Source: Eledone cirrhosa | Taxonomy: Eukaryota | NCBI GenBank assembly: GCA_964016885.1 | Contig: OZ024740.1 | Location: 358,670,001 to 358,734,000 of the forward strand | Reading direction: 5' to 3' | DNA length: 64,000 nucleotides | Shown here: positions 1-12,364 of the stretch, piece by piece | How positions within the stretch are numbered: position 1 is the first letter of the stretch | Layout: the number at the start of each line of letters is the position of its first letter | Translations under genes and position numbers: made by a program | Notes under the pieces: model-generated | What the model was told of the DNA's origin: nothing | The model's input: the letters and a program-made list of their open reading frames with translations, nothing else | Databases searched by the model: none

Positions 1-810
1 AGTCTAATTCTGAGTGTTTGGAGTTCCATAAAGTTTTTAGCCTTTGCATAAAACCGAACTTTTGGGGTTCAGATTGTTTGTATGCTTCATATAATACTTT
101 GTTAAGCTCGTAGCTCCACTGGGTACAGTGGTTGTAGTTGCGATTTGGTCGAAGGAGACTTGTATTTTTGCCATGATGAGTTCGTCTATTCACTAATATT
201 TCGTATTTATTTTTCAAAATAGTCGATGATCTTCTTTAAAAGTTTCGACAAAGTTCTGTCAGAATCAAATTTAAAGTTATTCACAGCTTGGGTAATATTT
301 CTTTTCAGTTAGTTTTTAATTCTACAACTGTGTTTTAAACGTTGTTCTTGAATCATTTGAATCGAGAACAAAAAGAACCGTTACTTAGTATATTTCTTTA
401 TGAATGTAATATAATATAACAACGCTGTATCTATATGTTAAAGTGTATGTATCATTCATATAAATAGGTGTTCTACAACTTATTCACAACATATTCACAG
501 TTCAAACACTTATGTTTTTGTTTCTGAATCGAAAACGTTACTTGTATATTTCTTTATAAATGTAATATAACAACGTTGCATTTATATGTTAAAGTGTATG
601 TATCGTTCATATATCATAAGTGTATGTATCGTTCATATAAATAGGTGTTTTACAACACACTTACAGTTCAAACACTTATGTAGAATTATTGTATGTAATC
701 TTACTGCGTAATGTAGCTCAACTTTTTCCAATATATGGTATGTTGCCTTCATGTAAGCCGTAATTACACACGTCCGATTATCGGACACTGACCACAACGG
801 TCGCCATTAT
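1..810 (-). mobile_element. RLE-type (R4/Dong-like) LINE, copy A: 5' UTR and ORF start; continues beyond the left window edge
   Basis: 1-810 is nearly identical to 4277-5085 (only a few differences seen). Confidence 0.9.
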
Positions 811-822
811 ATGTATGTATGC

Positions 823-852
<30 letters not shown>
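811..852. repeat. (TATG)n/(CATA)n microsatellite between LINE copies A and B
   Basis: direct reading; same tract at 5086-5151 and a degenerate one at 7575-7635. Confidence 0.95.
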
Positions 853-854
<2 letters not shown>

Positions 855-3800
855 TCTCTCTTTCTCTTAATTTCGAGTATATTTTTCACCGGCCACCTTC
901 CTGCTGGCAAGGTTGTAAAGAAAAGAAATTGTCATCCCTTGAATCGCAAGAATGTTTTGCAAATTTTGAAGGTGCCAGCTATCGCAGCCATTTATAGACT
1001 ATGAATGAATTAGGGAGCTACGCTCTTTGTCCGCAAATCCAAGTTCAATTATACATTGGTTCAAGCGGGTTGGTATATAACCCGTAGCTCCAATAATGAT
1101 GGGTATGAAGCTAAAAGTGTATCTTGGATACTGGATTTCTAAACTCCTCATCAATGGTACATAGATGTCCTCCTTCTCCTGTATTTTTCTGACAACGTTT
1201 ACATCAAGTGGGCAGCTGATCTCCACAACAGAAAACGTTTTCAATGTGTGGTCCCAAACAGCAATATCAGGCCGGTTGTGCTTTAATTTGGTGGCAGTTA
1301 TTATTTTCAGGTTCCACCAGTATTCCTTAGTGCCAACTATCTCAATATATTCTTCCTCGTTTGTTGTTAAATTTGTTTTCCGAAGTGCGTTCCAGATGGT
1401 TCTAGCTATCCCATCGTGTCTCATGGGGAGGTAGTAGCGAGATGACATTCTTTCGCAGCTGGCAACAATGTGGCTTACATCTTCGATCTTTGTTTTACAT
1501 AGCCTGCATTTATTGTCAGCTGATGGCCCTCCTCTTTCCTCTTTTGTGCAGCAGATATTTGGTAGGGAGTTCTTGTTCCTGTATTGCATAGAGATATCCC
1601 TCAAGGTGTGATATCATAAACTTGTCGGAACTCCATGCTAGGCTTTTTGAGTGGTTTATCCCCTCTATGGTCTTTGTTTTACGTCTCAAGTATCATGCAC
1701 AACTTTTTCTGTAAATTGGTCAATGTTTTCATCTTGTTTGAACATTGAATAGGATCTTCCGATTTCTCTGGGTGAGAGATTTATATCAGGCTTTATTCCA
1801 TATCTCACTTCCAGATCAGTGGCTATCCTAATGATATTTTTTTCTTCATGCTCATAAACCTGGGCAAGATGGTTGCCAACCTTTTTCCTCTGTTGAAGAT
1901 GTTGCTTCAGTGTTACTATCCGGGTCTCATATGCTGCTAATATGGATTTTAGACCCCGGCCACCTTCCTAACGTGAGAAGTATAGCCTATCCTTATCACC
2001 ATTGATGTTAAAGTTCCCAGTAACACTGAGAACTTTGCGAGTTCTAACATCCATCTCACTTAGTTCTTGTAATGACCAGTTCAGCAGGCCAAATGTTGGC
2101 GTTAGAATTGGCACAGCATAAGTATTGTGGGCAATGTATTTGTTGTATGCTGACAGTTCTGATGACCATATTTTCTTTACTCTTCTGAGGTATTCAGTTC
2201 TGGTTCTCTCCTTATTTATGGGTCCATCATATCTGACATTCTTATCCTGTCCAAGATATCTGTAGTTGTCACCTGACTGCAGAGGTTGTATTGTCAGGCC
2301 GTTCATCTCTAGATTTCTAGAGGAGGGCACAGCTCTTCCACGTTTTACTGCCAAATATGCACACTTGGACTTACCAAATTTCATTTTGATGTCGGTTGAA
2401 AATTGTGTAATGAGGTCCAATTGTTTCTTGATGTCATTGATATTTGGCCCATACAACTTCAGGTCATCAACAAAGAAAAGATGGGAGATACTTCGGGACC
2501 CACTTCTTTGTCCACCTTGTTTCCTGAGTAGGTAAGATAGTGGATTCAGTGAGAGAACAAAGAGTAGCACTGACAAGCTATCACCCTGAAAGATGCCCTT
2601 CTGGTAATGTATCTTATCAGTCTCAACCTGCTCCTTCTCACCTCTAAGGATCAAATTGGTGTACCAGTTCTTGGTCAGGCGTTCAAAAGCAGCTACCAAT
2701 GGTTGTGGGACTTTAGCTAACTGTAAAGCCTTAATAATCCACCCATGAGGTACACTATCAAATGCTTTTTGATAGTCCAGCCACACCACAGTCATGTTTC
2801 TGCGATTCTTTGTTGTTTTTTCCTGAATCATTTTGTTAGTTAGTAGGTGATCTATGCAACCCCACACCTCCCTCTTTCCACCAGCTTGCTCAGGTGTTAT
2901 GATGTTGTTGGTAGCACAGTGATCCTGTAAGAACAGGTTAAGGCACCCAGTATATAATTTATACATGACGTTTTGGCAGGCAATTGGGCGGTAATTTTTA
3001 GCAAGGGTGGTTTGGCTATTTTTGGGAATGAGGAGAGTAGTGGCAGTTGATAACCATCTGGGCAGTTCTTGTGTGCCTTTAATGGTTTCTGTAAACAGCC
3101 GTATGAGATCTTGCCGATAGAAAGTGAAATTCTTAAACCAGTAGCCTGTAATGAGGTCTGGGCCTGGCGATTTCCTATTCGACATTTTCTGTAGAGCTGT
3201 TTCCAGTATTGACCCATCTATGTCATATTGTTTTGTCTGGACATGTTGGCAGTAGTCCTGTTCCAGTTCTTTTAGCCAATTAGCTTGTCTGTTGAATCCG
3301 TCATCCGTTTCCCATACAGATCTCCAGTAGCTCTCAACCTGTTCTTTTGAAGGGGTGTCGTTTACAGGGATTGAGCTTTTGCCACCGAAGCTGCGATAAA
3401 CTGATTTAGGATCTCTGGCAAACAATCTATTTAGCACTTGTCGTTTATGTGCTGGTGACTTATATTTTAGTCTTTCTGTTGTAGCTGTGAGTTGTTGTTT
3501 CAACTGGTGTAATTTGGAGTACAAAGTTTTAAATTTTGTATCTCCAAATCGTCTCTCTAACTTTTTCTTTAGGTCTTCCTGGTGTCGTGTGAAGTTGCTC
3601 TCTATGTTGCATTTCATAACGACTGCGATGTGTGAGATACTTCGTCTCAGGGACAAAATTTTGGTTTTTAAATTTCTCATCGACGCTGGTTCAGGCTTTC
3701 TATTTGTATCTTGATTGCGTGGTTTTAGATGTGTGTTATATGATAGCAATGTGACAGCTGAAACATATAACAAAACATTAAGCGTTTCAAATGTCGTTTC

Positions 3801-5085
3801 TACACCTTTAGATCGTATAGCCTTCAGATAATTGCCAGCTATTTCGTTCACCGCTTCCAATTCCAATTTAGTGGGTTCTTTACTGATTCTGGTGTTGTAT
3901 GGTCTGTCACTCACATTAAAGCTGTGTATCTCTTGAAACATATCGTTCCATATCGCTTGTAGGGTGTCCACAAGTTTTTGGTGCTCTGTTTGTTCAGTAG
4001 AGTCATGAATTTCAGCCTCGTTCTTGATGTGGTGACAATTACTACTAGAGTTAGCTGACCTTTCTCGCTGTTCTTCAGTGGAAGTGGGATGGATTTCAGC
4101 AAAATTGTTGGTGAGCTGTTCACTGTTAGCTTTAGCTGACCATTCTCTTTGTCTGTCAGTGGAGGTGGGGTGGTTGTCTACAAGGGCTGTATTTGTAGTA
4201 TCACTCAATTCCGTTAGATGTATCAATTTACATCTAATGATACGTTTTCCCTGTTCATTTAAATGCTTTGGAGAAAAGTCTAATTTTGAGTGTTTGGAGT
4301 TCCATAAAGTTTTTAGCCTTTGCATAAAACCGAACTTTTGGGGTTCAGATTGTTTGTATGCTTCATATAATACTTTGTTAAGCTCGTAGCTCCACTGGGT
4401 ACAGTGGTTGTAGTTGCGATTTGGTCGAAGGAGACTTGTATTTTTGCCATGATGAGTTCGTCTATTCACTAATATTTCGTATTTATTTTTCAAAATAGTC
4501 GATGATCTTCTTTAAAAGTTTCGACAAAGTTCTGTCAGAATCAAATTTAAAGTTATTCACAGCTTGGGTAATATTTCTTTTCAGTTAGTTTTTAATTCTA
4601 CAACTGTGTTTTAAACGTTGTTCTTGAATCATTTGAATCGAGAACAAAAAGAACCGTTACTTAGTATATTTCTTTATGAATGTAATATAATATAACAACG
4701 CTGTATCTATATGTTAAAGTGTATGTATCATTCATATAAATAGGTGTTCTACAACTTATTCACAACATATTCACAGTTCAAACACTTATGTTTTTGTTTC
4801 TGAATCGAAAACGTTACTTGTATATTTCTTTATAAATGTAATATAACAACGTTGCATTTATATGTTAAAGTGTATGTATCGTTCATATATCATAAGTGTA
4901 TGTATCGTTCATATAAATAGGTGTTTTACAACACACTTACAGTTCAAACACTTATGTAGAATTATTGTATGTAATCTTACCGCGTAATGTAGCTCAACTT
5001 TTTCCAATATATGGTATGTTGCCTTCATGTAAGCCGTAATTACACACGCCCGATTATCGGACACTGACCAAACGGTCGCCATTAT
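853..5085 (-). mobile_element. Full-length (~4.2 kb) RLE-type non-LTR retrotransposon, R4/Dong-like, copy B
   Basis: RT motifs (YRPIAC, LDYQKAFDSV, GIFQGDSLS, LFFVDDLKL), CCHC knuckle (CRLCKTKIEDVSHIVASC) and RLE motif (RPDIAVWD...VEISCP); flanked by (CATA)n. Confidence 0.92.
999..4493 (-). pseudogene. RT-CCHC-RLE polyprotein of copy B, disrupted by a TAG at 1968-1970 and frameshifts near 1690 and 1530
   Basis: ORFs 1968..4493 (841 aa, RT) and 999..1604 (zinc knuckle + RLE); the frame continues R*EGGRGLK past the stop. Confidence 0.88.
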
Positions 5086-5097
5086 ATGTATGTATGC

Positions 5098-5130
<33 letters not shown>

Positions 5131-5151
5131 TGTATGTATGTATGTATGTAT

Positions 5152-7575
5152 GTTCTCTCTTTCTCTTAATTTCGAGTATATTTTTCACCGGCCACCTTCC
5201 TGCTGGCAAGGTTGTAAAGAAAAGAAATTGTCATCCCTTGAATCGCAAGAATGTTTTGCAAATTTTGAAGGTGCCAGCTATCGCAGCCATTTATAGACTA
5301 TGAATGAATTAGGGAGCTACGCTCTTTGTCCGCAAATCCAAGTTCAATTATACATTGGTTCAAGCGGGTTGGTATATAACCCGTAGCTCCAATAATGATG
5401 GGTATGAAGCTAAAAGTGTATCATGGATACTGGATTTCTAAACTCCTCATCAATGGTCTGTAGATGTCCTCCTTCTCCTGTATTTTTCTGACAACGTTTA
5501 CATCAAGTGGGCAGCTGATCTCCACAACAGAACACGTTTTCAATGTGTGGTCCCAAACAGCAATATCAGGCCGGTTGTGCTTTAATTTGGTGGCAGTTTT
5601 TATTTTCAGGTTCCACCAGTATTCCTTAGTGTCAACTATCTCAATATATTCTTCCTCGTTTGTTGTTAAATTTGTTTTCCGAAGTGCGTTCCAGATGGTT
5701 CTAGCTATCCCATCGTGTCTCATGGGGAGGTAGTAGCGAGATGACATTCTTTCGCAGCTGGCAACAATGTGGCTTACATCTTCGATCTTTGTTTTACATA
5801 GCCTGCATTTATTGTCAGCTGATGGCCCTCCTCTTTCCTCTTTTGTGCAGCAGATATTTGGTAGGGAGTTCTTGCATAGAGATATCCCTCAAGGTGTGAT
5901 ATCATAAACTTGTCGGAACTCCATGCTAGGCTTTTTGAGTGGTTTATCCCCTCTATGATCTTTGTTTTACGTCTCAAGTATCCATGCACAACTTTTTCTG
6001 TAAATTGGTCAATGTTTTCATCTTGTTTGAACATTGAATAGGATCTTCCGATTTCTCTGGGTGAGAGATTTATATCAGGCTTTATTCCATATCTCACTTC
6101 CAGATCAGTGGCTATCCTAATGATATTTTTTTCTTCATGCTCATAAACCTAAGCAAGATGGTTGCCAACCTTTTTCCTCTGTTGAAGATGTTGCTTCAGT
6201 GTTACTATCCGGGTCTCATATGCTGCTAATATGGATTTTAGACCCCGGCCACCTTCCTAACGTGAGAAGTATAGCCTATCCATATCACCATTGATGTTAA
6301 AGTTCCCAGTAACACAGAACTTTGCGAGTTCTAACATCCATCTGACTTAGTTCTTACAATGACCAGTTCAGCAGGCCAAATGTTGGCGTTAGAATTGGCA
6401 CAGCATAAGTATTGTGGGCAATGTATTTGTTGTACGCTGACAGTTCTGATGACCATATTTTCTTTACTCTTCTGAGGTATTCAGTTCTGGTTCTCTCCTT
6501 ATTTATGGGTCCATCATATCTGACATTCTGACCCTGTCCAAGATATCTGTAGTTGTCACCTGACTGTAGAGGTTGTATTGACAGGCCGTTCATCTCTAGA
6601 TTTCTAGAGGAGGGCAGAGCTCTCCCACGTTTTACTGCCAAATATGCACACATGGACTTACCAAATTTCATTTTGATGTCGGTTGAAAATTGTGTAATGA
6701 GGTCCAATTGTTTCTTGATGATGTCATTGATATTTGGCCCATACAACTTCAGGTCATCAACAAAGAAAAGGTGGGAGATACTTCTGGACCCATTTCTTTG
6801 TCCACCTTGTTTCCTGAGTAGGTAAGATAGTGGATTCAGTGAGAGAACGAAGAGTAGCACTGACAAGCTATCACCCTGAAAGATGCCCTTCTGGTAATGT
6901 ATCTTCTCAGTCTTGACGTGCTCCTTCTCACCTCTAAGGGTCAGATTGGTGTACCAGTTCTTGGTCAGACGTTCAACAGCAGCTACCAGTGGTTGTGGGA
7001 CTTTAGCTAACTGTAAAGCCTTAACAATCCACCCATGAGGTACACTATCAAATTCTTTTTGATAGTCCAGCCACACCACAATCATGTTTCTGCGATTCTT
7101 TGTTGTTTTTCTTGAATCATTTTATTAGTTAATAGGTGATCTATGCAACCCCACACCTCCCTCTTTCCACCAGCTTGCTCAGGTGTTATAATGTTGTTGG
7201 TAGCACAGTGATCCTGTAAGAACAGGTTAAGGCACCCAGTATATAATTTATACATGATTTTTTGGCAGGCGATTGGGCGGTAATTTTTAGCAAGGGTGGT
7301 TTGGCTATTTTGGGGAATGAGGAGAGTAGTGGCAGTTGATAACCATCTGGGCAGTTCTTGTGTGCCTTTAATCGTTTCTGTAAACAGCCGTATGAGATCC
7401 TGCCGATAGAAAGTGAAATTCTTCAACCAGTATCCTGTTATGAGGTCTGGGCCTGGTGATTTCCTATTCGACATTTTCTGTAGAGCTGTTTCCACTATTG
7501 ACCCATCTATGTCATATTGTTTTATCTGGACATGTTGGCTGTAGTCCTGTTCCAGTTCTTGTAGCCATTTAGTTT
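5152..7575 (-). mobile_element. 5'-truncated RLE LINE, copy C
   Basis: aligns to 853-3283; RT/RLE ORF pieces 5421..5747, 5774..6097, 6354..7085, 7082..7575; truncation abuts a TATG-like tract. Confidence 0.9.
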
Positions 7576-8614
7576 GTATGCATGTATGTGTGTATGTATG
7601 TACGTATACATGCGTGTGTATGTTCGTATGTATAAGTATACACCCACACCTTTCATCACCATTGCTTCTTTTTCTTATCATTTCTGTGAAGTTGTTCTTG
7701 TAACTGTTGTCATAGTTGACGTTGCCCTTATTTTCATTTTCTTTGATTTTCTCCCGTTTTTCTCTTATCTCCCTAGGGAATTCGTTGACAAGCTTCTTTT
7801 ATTTATTTTCTTCGTTTTCTTCATTCAAATGCATTCACACTGGCTGTCTCAGAGACGTACAAATATGGCTTATAACATTTCCCAAAGTAAAGCGCCTTCC
7901 AGCGCCCTTAGCGCCCCCTAACGTCCCCTTGCTCCAAAACGCCCCCTGGAGCCCCGAAACACCCCACCCCCGTTGAATCTAGAGAATTAATGATCTGTCT
8001 GAATTTATCCCAAGCCATCCTTCTACAGCTAGGCCATGTACAATATAAGAAACAATAGAAACAAAACATGGCTACCTACAATAGGAACAAAGCAAAAGAA
8101 ACACAACATGGATATCTACAATATGAACGAGTCGGGTTGGATTAATAATACTGGAAAACATGCATACACCAATACACTTTAAATGTCTGTGAACGGACTC
8201 AGTATTTGTATCTCAGCCACTTTACCGAATTACAATCTTTCATCCTCTGTCCCTTGCAATGCTTGGGTTCTTATACTAAGGACGCTAGGAAATGAACATA
8301 GTTCATCCATTTGAACAATAAAGATAGACTATTAAGTTGTGTATGAATGAAAAATAAATACAGACGATTTATTTTCTTGATCCGGAGGTATTTCGAACTG
8401 GAATGGCTATCGTGATAGTCGCTGTAGAATGAAATGACCGTAGGTATTTAGACCCCTTCCCTGAGAGGCAGATAGATAGAGAGAGGTACTCTGACAGATG
8501 CGAAACACACAAACACCGCTGCCTTCCCTTGAGCTGTGATATCAATAGAGAGAACTGTCAGGTGTGATTTGTATACATTTAGAGAGTATTGGCGACTTGA
8601 AGTTCAATGTTAGA

Positions 8615-8691
<77 letters not shown>

Positions 8692-8734
8692 GTTGCCTTC
8701 CCCTTAGCGACGTGGAAAGCGTAAATGACAGAGA

Positions 8735-9099
8735 GACGAATAGAGAGAGAAGAGACTAAATGACAGAGACAGAGAGAGAGAGAGAAGAGACTAAATGACA
8801 GAGACAGAGAGACGAATAGAGAGAGAAGAGACCAAATGACAGAGACAGAGAGAGACAGATAGAGAGAGAAGAGACTAAATGACAGAGACAGATAGAGAGA
8901 CAGATGGAGAGAGAAGAAACTAAATGACAGAGACAGAGAGACGAATAGAGAGAGAAGAGACTAAATGACAGAGACAGAGAGAGAGACAGAGAGAGAGACA
9001 GAGAGAGAGAGAAGAGACTAAATGACAGAGACAGAGAGAGAGACAGATGGAGAGAGAAGAGACTAAATGACAGAGAGAGAGAGAGAGAAGAGACTAAAT

Positions 9100-9139
<40 letters not shown>

Positions 9140-9830
9140 ACTAAATGACAGAGAGAGAGAGACAGATAGAGAGAGAAGAGACTAAATGAGAGAGACAGAG
9201 AGAGAGACAGATAAAAAGAGAAGAGACTAAATGAGAGAGACAGAGAGAGACAGATGGAGAGAGAAGAGACTAAATGACAGAGACAGAGAGACAGATGGAG
9301 AGAGAAGAGACTAAATGACAGAGACAGAGAGAGACAGATGGAGAGAGAAGAGACTAAATGACAGAGACAGAGAGACGAATAGAGAGAGAAGAGACTAAAT
9401 GACAGAAACAGAGAGAGACAGATAGAGAGAGAAGAGACTAAATGACAGAGAGAGAGAGAGACAGATAGAGAGAGAAGAGACTAAATGAGAGAGAGAGAGA
9501 CCTATGGAGAGAGAAGAGACTAAATGACAGAGACAGAGAGAGAGAGACAGATAGAGAGAGAAGAGACTAAATGACAGAGAGAGAGACAGATGGAGAGAGA
9601 AGAGACTAAATGACAGAGAGATAGAGAGACAGATAGAGAGAAGAGACTAAATGACAGAGACAGAGAGAGAGAGAAGAGACTAAATGACAGAGACAGAGAG
9701 ACGAATAGAGAGAGAAGAGACTAAATGACAGAGACAGAGAGAGACAGATAGAGAGAGAAGAGACTAAATGACAGAGACAGAGAGAGAGAGACAGATAGAG
9801 AGAGACAGATAGAGAGAGAAGAGACTAAAT

Positions 9831-9886
<56 letters not shown>

Positions 9887-11220
9887 ACTAAATGACAGAG
9901 AGAGAGAGAGAGACAGATGGAGAGAGAAGAGACTAAATGAGAGAGACAGAGAGAGACAGATGGAGAGAGAAGAGACTAAATGACAGAGAGAGAGAGAGAG
10001 ACAGATGGAGAGAGAAGAGACTAAATGAGAGAGACAGATAGAGACAGATGGAGAGAGAAGAGACTAAATGACAGAGACAGAGAGACAGATAGAGAGAGAA
10101 GAGACTAAATGACAGAGACAGAGAGAGAGACAGATGGAGAGAGAAGAGACTAAATGAGAGAGACAGAGAGAGACAGATGGAGAGAGAAGAGACTAAATGA
10201 CAGAAAGAGAGAGAGAGACAGATGGAGAGAGAAGAGACTAAATGAGAGAGACAGATAGAGACAGATGGAGAGAGAAGAGACTAAATGACAGAGACAGAGA
10301 GACAGATATAGAGAGAAGAGACTAAATGACAGAGAGAGAGAGAGAGACAGATGGAGAGAGAAGAGACTAAATGAGAGAGACAGAGAGAGAGACAGATGGA
10401 GAGAGAAGAGACTAAATGACAGAGACAGAGAGAGAGAGAAGAGACTAAATGACAGAGACAGATAGAGAGAGAAGAGACTAAATGAGAGAGACAGAGAGAG
10501 ACAGATGGAGAGAGAAGAGACTAAATGACAGAGACAGAGAGAGACAGATGGAGAGAGAAGAGACTAAATGAGAGAGACAGAGAGAGACAGATAGAAAGAG
10601 AAGAGACTAAATGACAGAGAGAGAGAGACGAATAGAGAGAGAAGAGACTAAATGAGAGAGACAGAGAGAGACAGATAGAGAGAGAAGAGACTAAATGACA
10701 GAGACAGAGAGAGACGAATAGAGAGAGAAGAGACTAAATGAGAGAGACAGAGAGAGACAGATAGAGAGAGAAGAGACTAAATGACAGAGAGAGAGAGAGA
10801 CGAATAGAGAGAGAAGAGACTAAATGAGAGAGACAGAGAGAGACAGATAGAGAGAGAAGAGACTAAATGACAGAGAGAGAGAGACGAATAGAGAGAGAAG
10901 AGACTAAATGAGAGAGACAGAGAGAGACAGATGGAGAGAGAAGAGACTAAATGACAGGACAGAGAGAGACAGATGGAGAGAGAAGAGACTAAATGACAGA
11001 GAGAGAGACAGATAGAGAGAGAAGAGACTAAATGAGAGAGACAGAGAGAGACAGATGGAGAGAGAAGAGACTAAATGAGAGAGACAGAGAGAGACAGATG
11101 GAGAGAGAAGAGACTAAATGACAGAGAGAGAGAGAGAGACAGATGGAGAGAGAAGAGACTAAATGACAGAGACAGATAGAGACAGATGGAGAGAGAAGAG
11201 ACTAAATGACAGAGACAGAT
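8735..11220. repeat. Purine-rich minisatellite array with ~30-50 bp units (core GAGAAGAGACTAAATGA(C/G)AGAG plus variable GA/GACAGATRG)
   Basis: dozens of tandem copies read directly. Confidence 0.97.
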
Positions 11221-11279
11221 AGTGAGAGAGAGGGGGGGGGAGAGGGAGGGGGAGAGGGAGAGAGAGGGAGAGAGAGAGA

Positions 11280-12358
11280 GGTAACATATACACATATACA
11301 AACATACACATGGTAATTAACATTTTTCGATAACTAATAACCGTAAAACATTCTCCTTGTGACGCAGAGTTCGACCCTCCCCTCTACTGACTTACCTAAT
11401 AAACCAACAGAGAGAACTGGCAGACGTGAGTTATATACATATAGAGACTGACAGAGTGATGTAAATGCAGAGAGAAAAAAGTATAAAAGACAGAGAGAGA
11501 GAGAGAGAGAGGGGGGGGGAGATACAGGTAGAGAAAGGTAACATATACACATATGCAAACATACACACACAAAGGTAATCAAAAGACGGGGTTTCTAATG
11601 AGATACAATGTTAGACGCAACACACACATGCAAACACCGCCACACTCCTCTTTAGTGAGTGGAAAAGCGTAAAAGACAGAGAGAGACAGATAGAGAAAGG
11701 TAATATACACACATATACAAAGATACACACTTATACAAACATACGCACATATACAAACGCACACACAGGTAATCAACATTTTTTGATAACTAATAACCGT
11801 AAGACATTCTCTTTGAACGCAGATTTCGAAAATCAAAACAGAAATTCCCCTTTACTGAAACTCACGCGCTTGATTTATATGCATATATAGAGATATATAA
11901 TGAGAGGAAAAGCGTAAAAGATAGAGAGTCACAGATAGAGAGTGGTAACATACACACATATATAGACATATACAGATACACACATACACTCTCATTCATA
12001 GCATAGAAGATATAGAAAGAGAGTGAGAGAGTGTGGTAAAGATATAGACAAAGGGGGAAAGCGTAAAATACATAGAAAGGCAGTTAGAAAAGCGTAAAAG
12101 ACATAGACATAGAAATATTTATATATATAGAGAGGGGTATTCTGACAGTTGTGGATTCTAATGATATTCAATACTGGCGATCTTGAAGTTGATTTATATC
12201 TCGTAGCGATTACATTTTTTGATAAGTAACAACCTTAAAATATTCACCTTGGGGCGCAGATTTCGAAAATGAAAACCGTTTTTCTCTAAGATGTACCGTT
12301 CCGGAGCCTTAGGAAGACATGCACAGATACACACATACCCTCTCATTTATAATATATA
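11280..12358 (-). mobile_element. Probable 5' region of a non-autonomous Helitron-like element with internal degenerate repeats
   Basis: minus strand begins TATATATTATAAATGAGAGGGTATGTGTATCTGTGC, which resembles Helitron 5' ends; blocks GGTAACATATACAC...TAACCGTAA...CGCAGA recur at ~11280, 11540, 11700 and 12210; no 3' CTAG located. Confidence 0.35.
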
Positions 12359-12364
12359 AATGAG

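Noticed and set aside
1968-1970. Shared TAG as an A-to-I editing (amber to Trp) readthrough switch between RT and endonuclease
   Set aside because: The conserved residue is normally Lys (AAG to TAG is one change), and both copies also share a downstream frameshift, so simple inactivation is more parsimonious.
8735-11220. CRISPR-like constant repeat with variable spacers
   Set aside because: The spacers are GA-slippage variants of each other, the context is eukaryotic and there are no cas genes.
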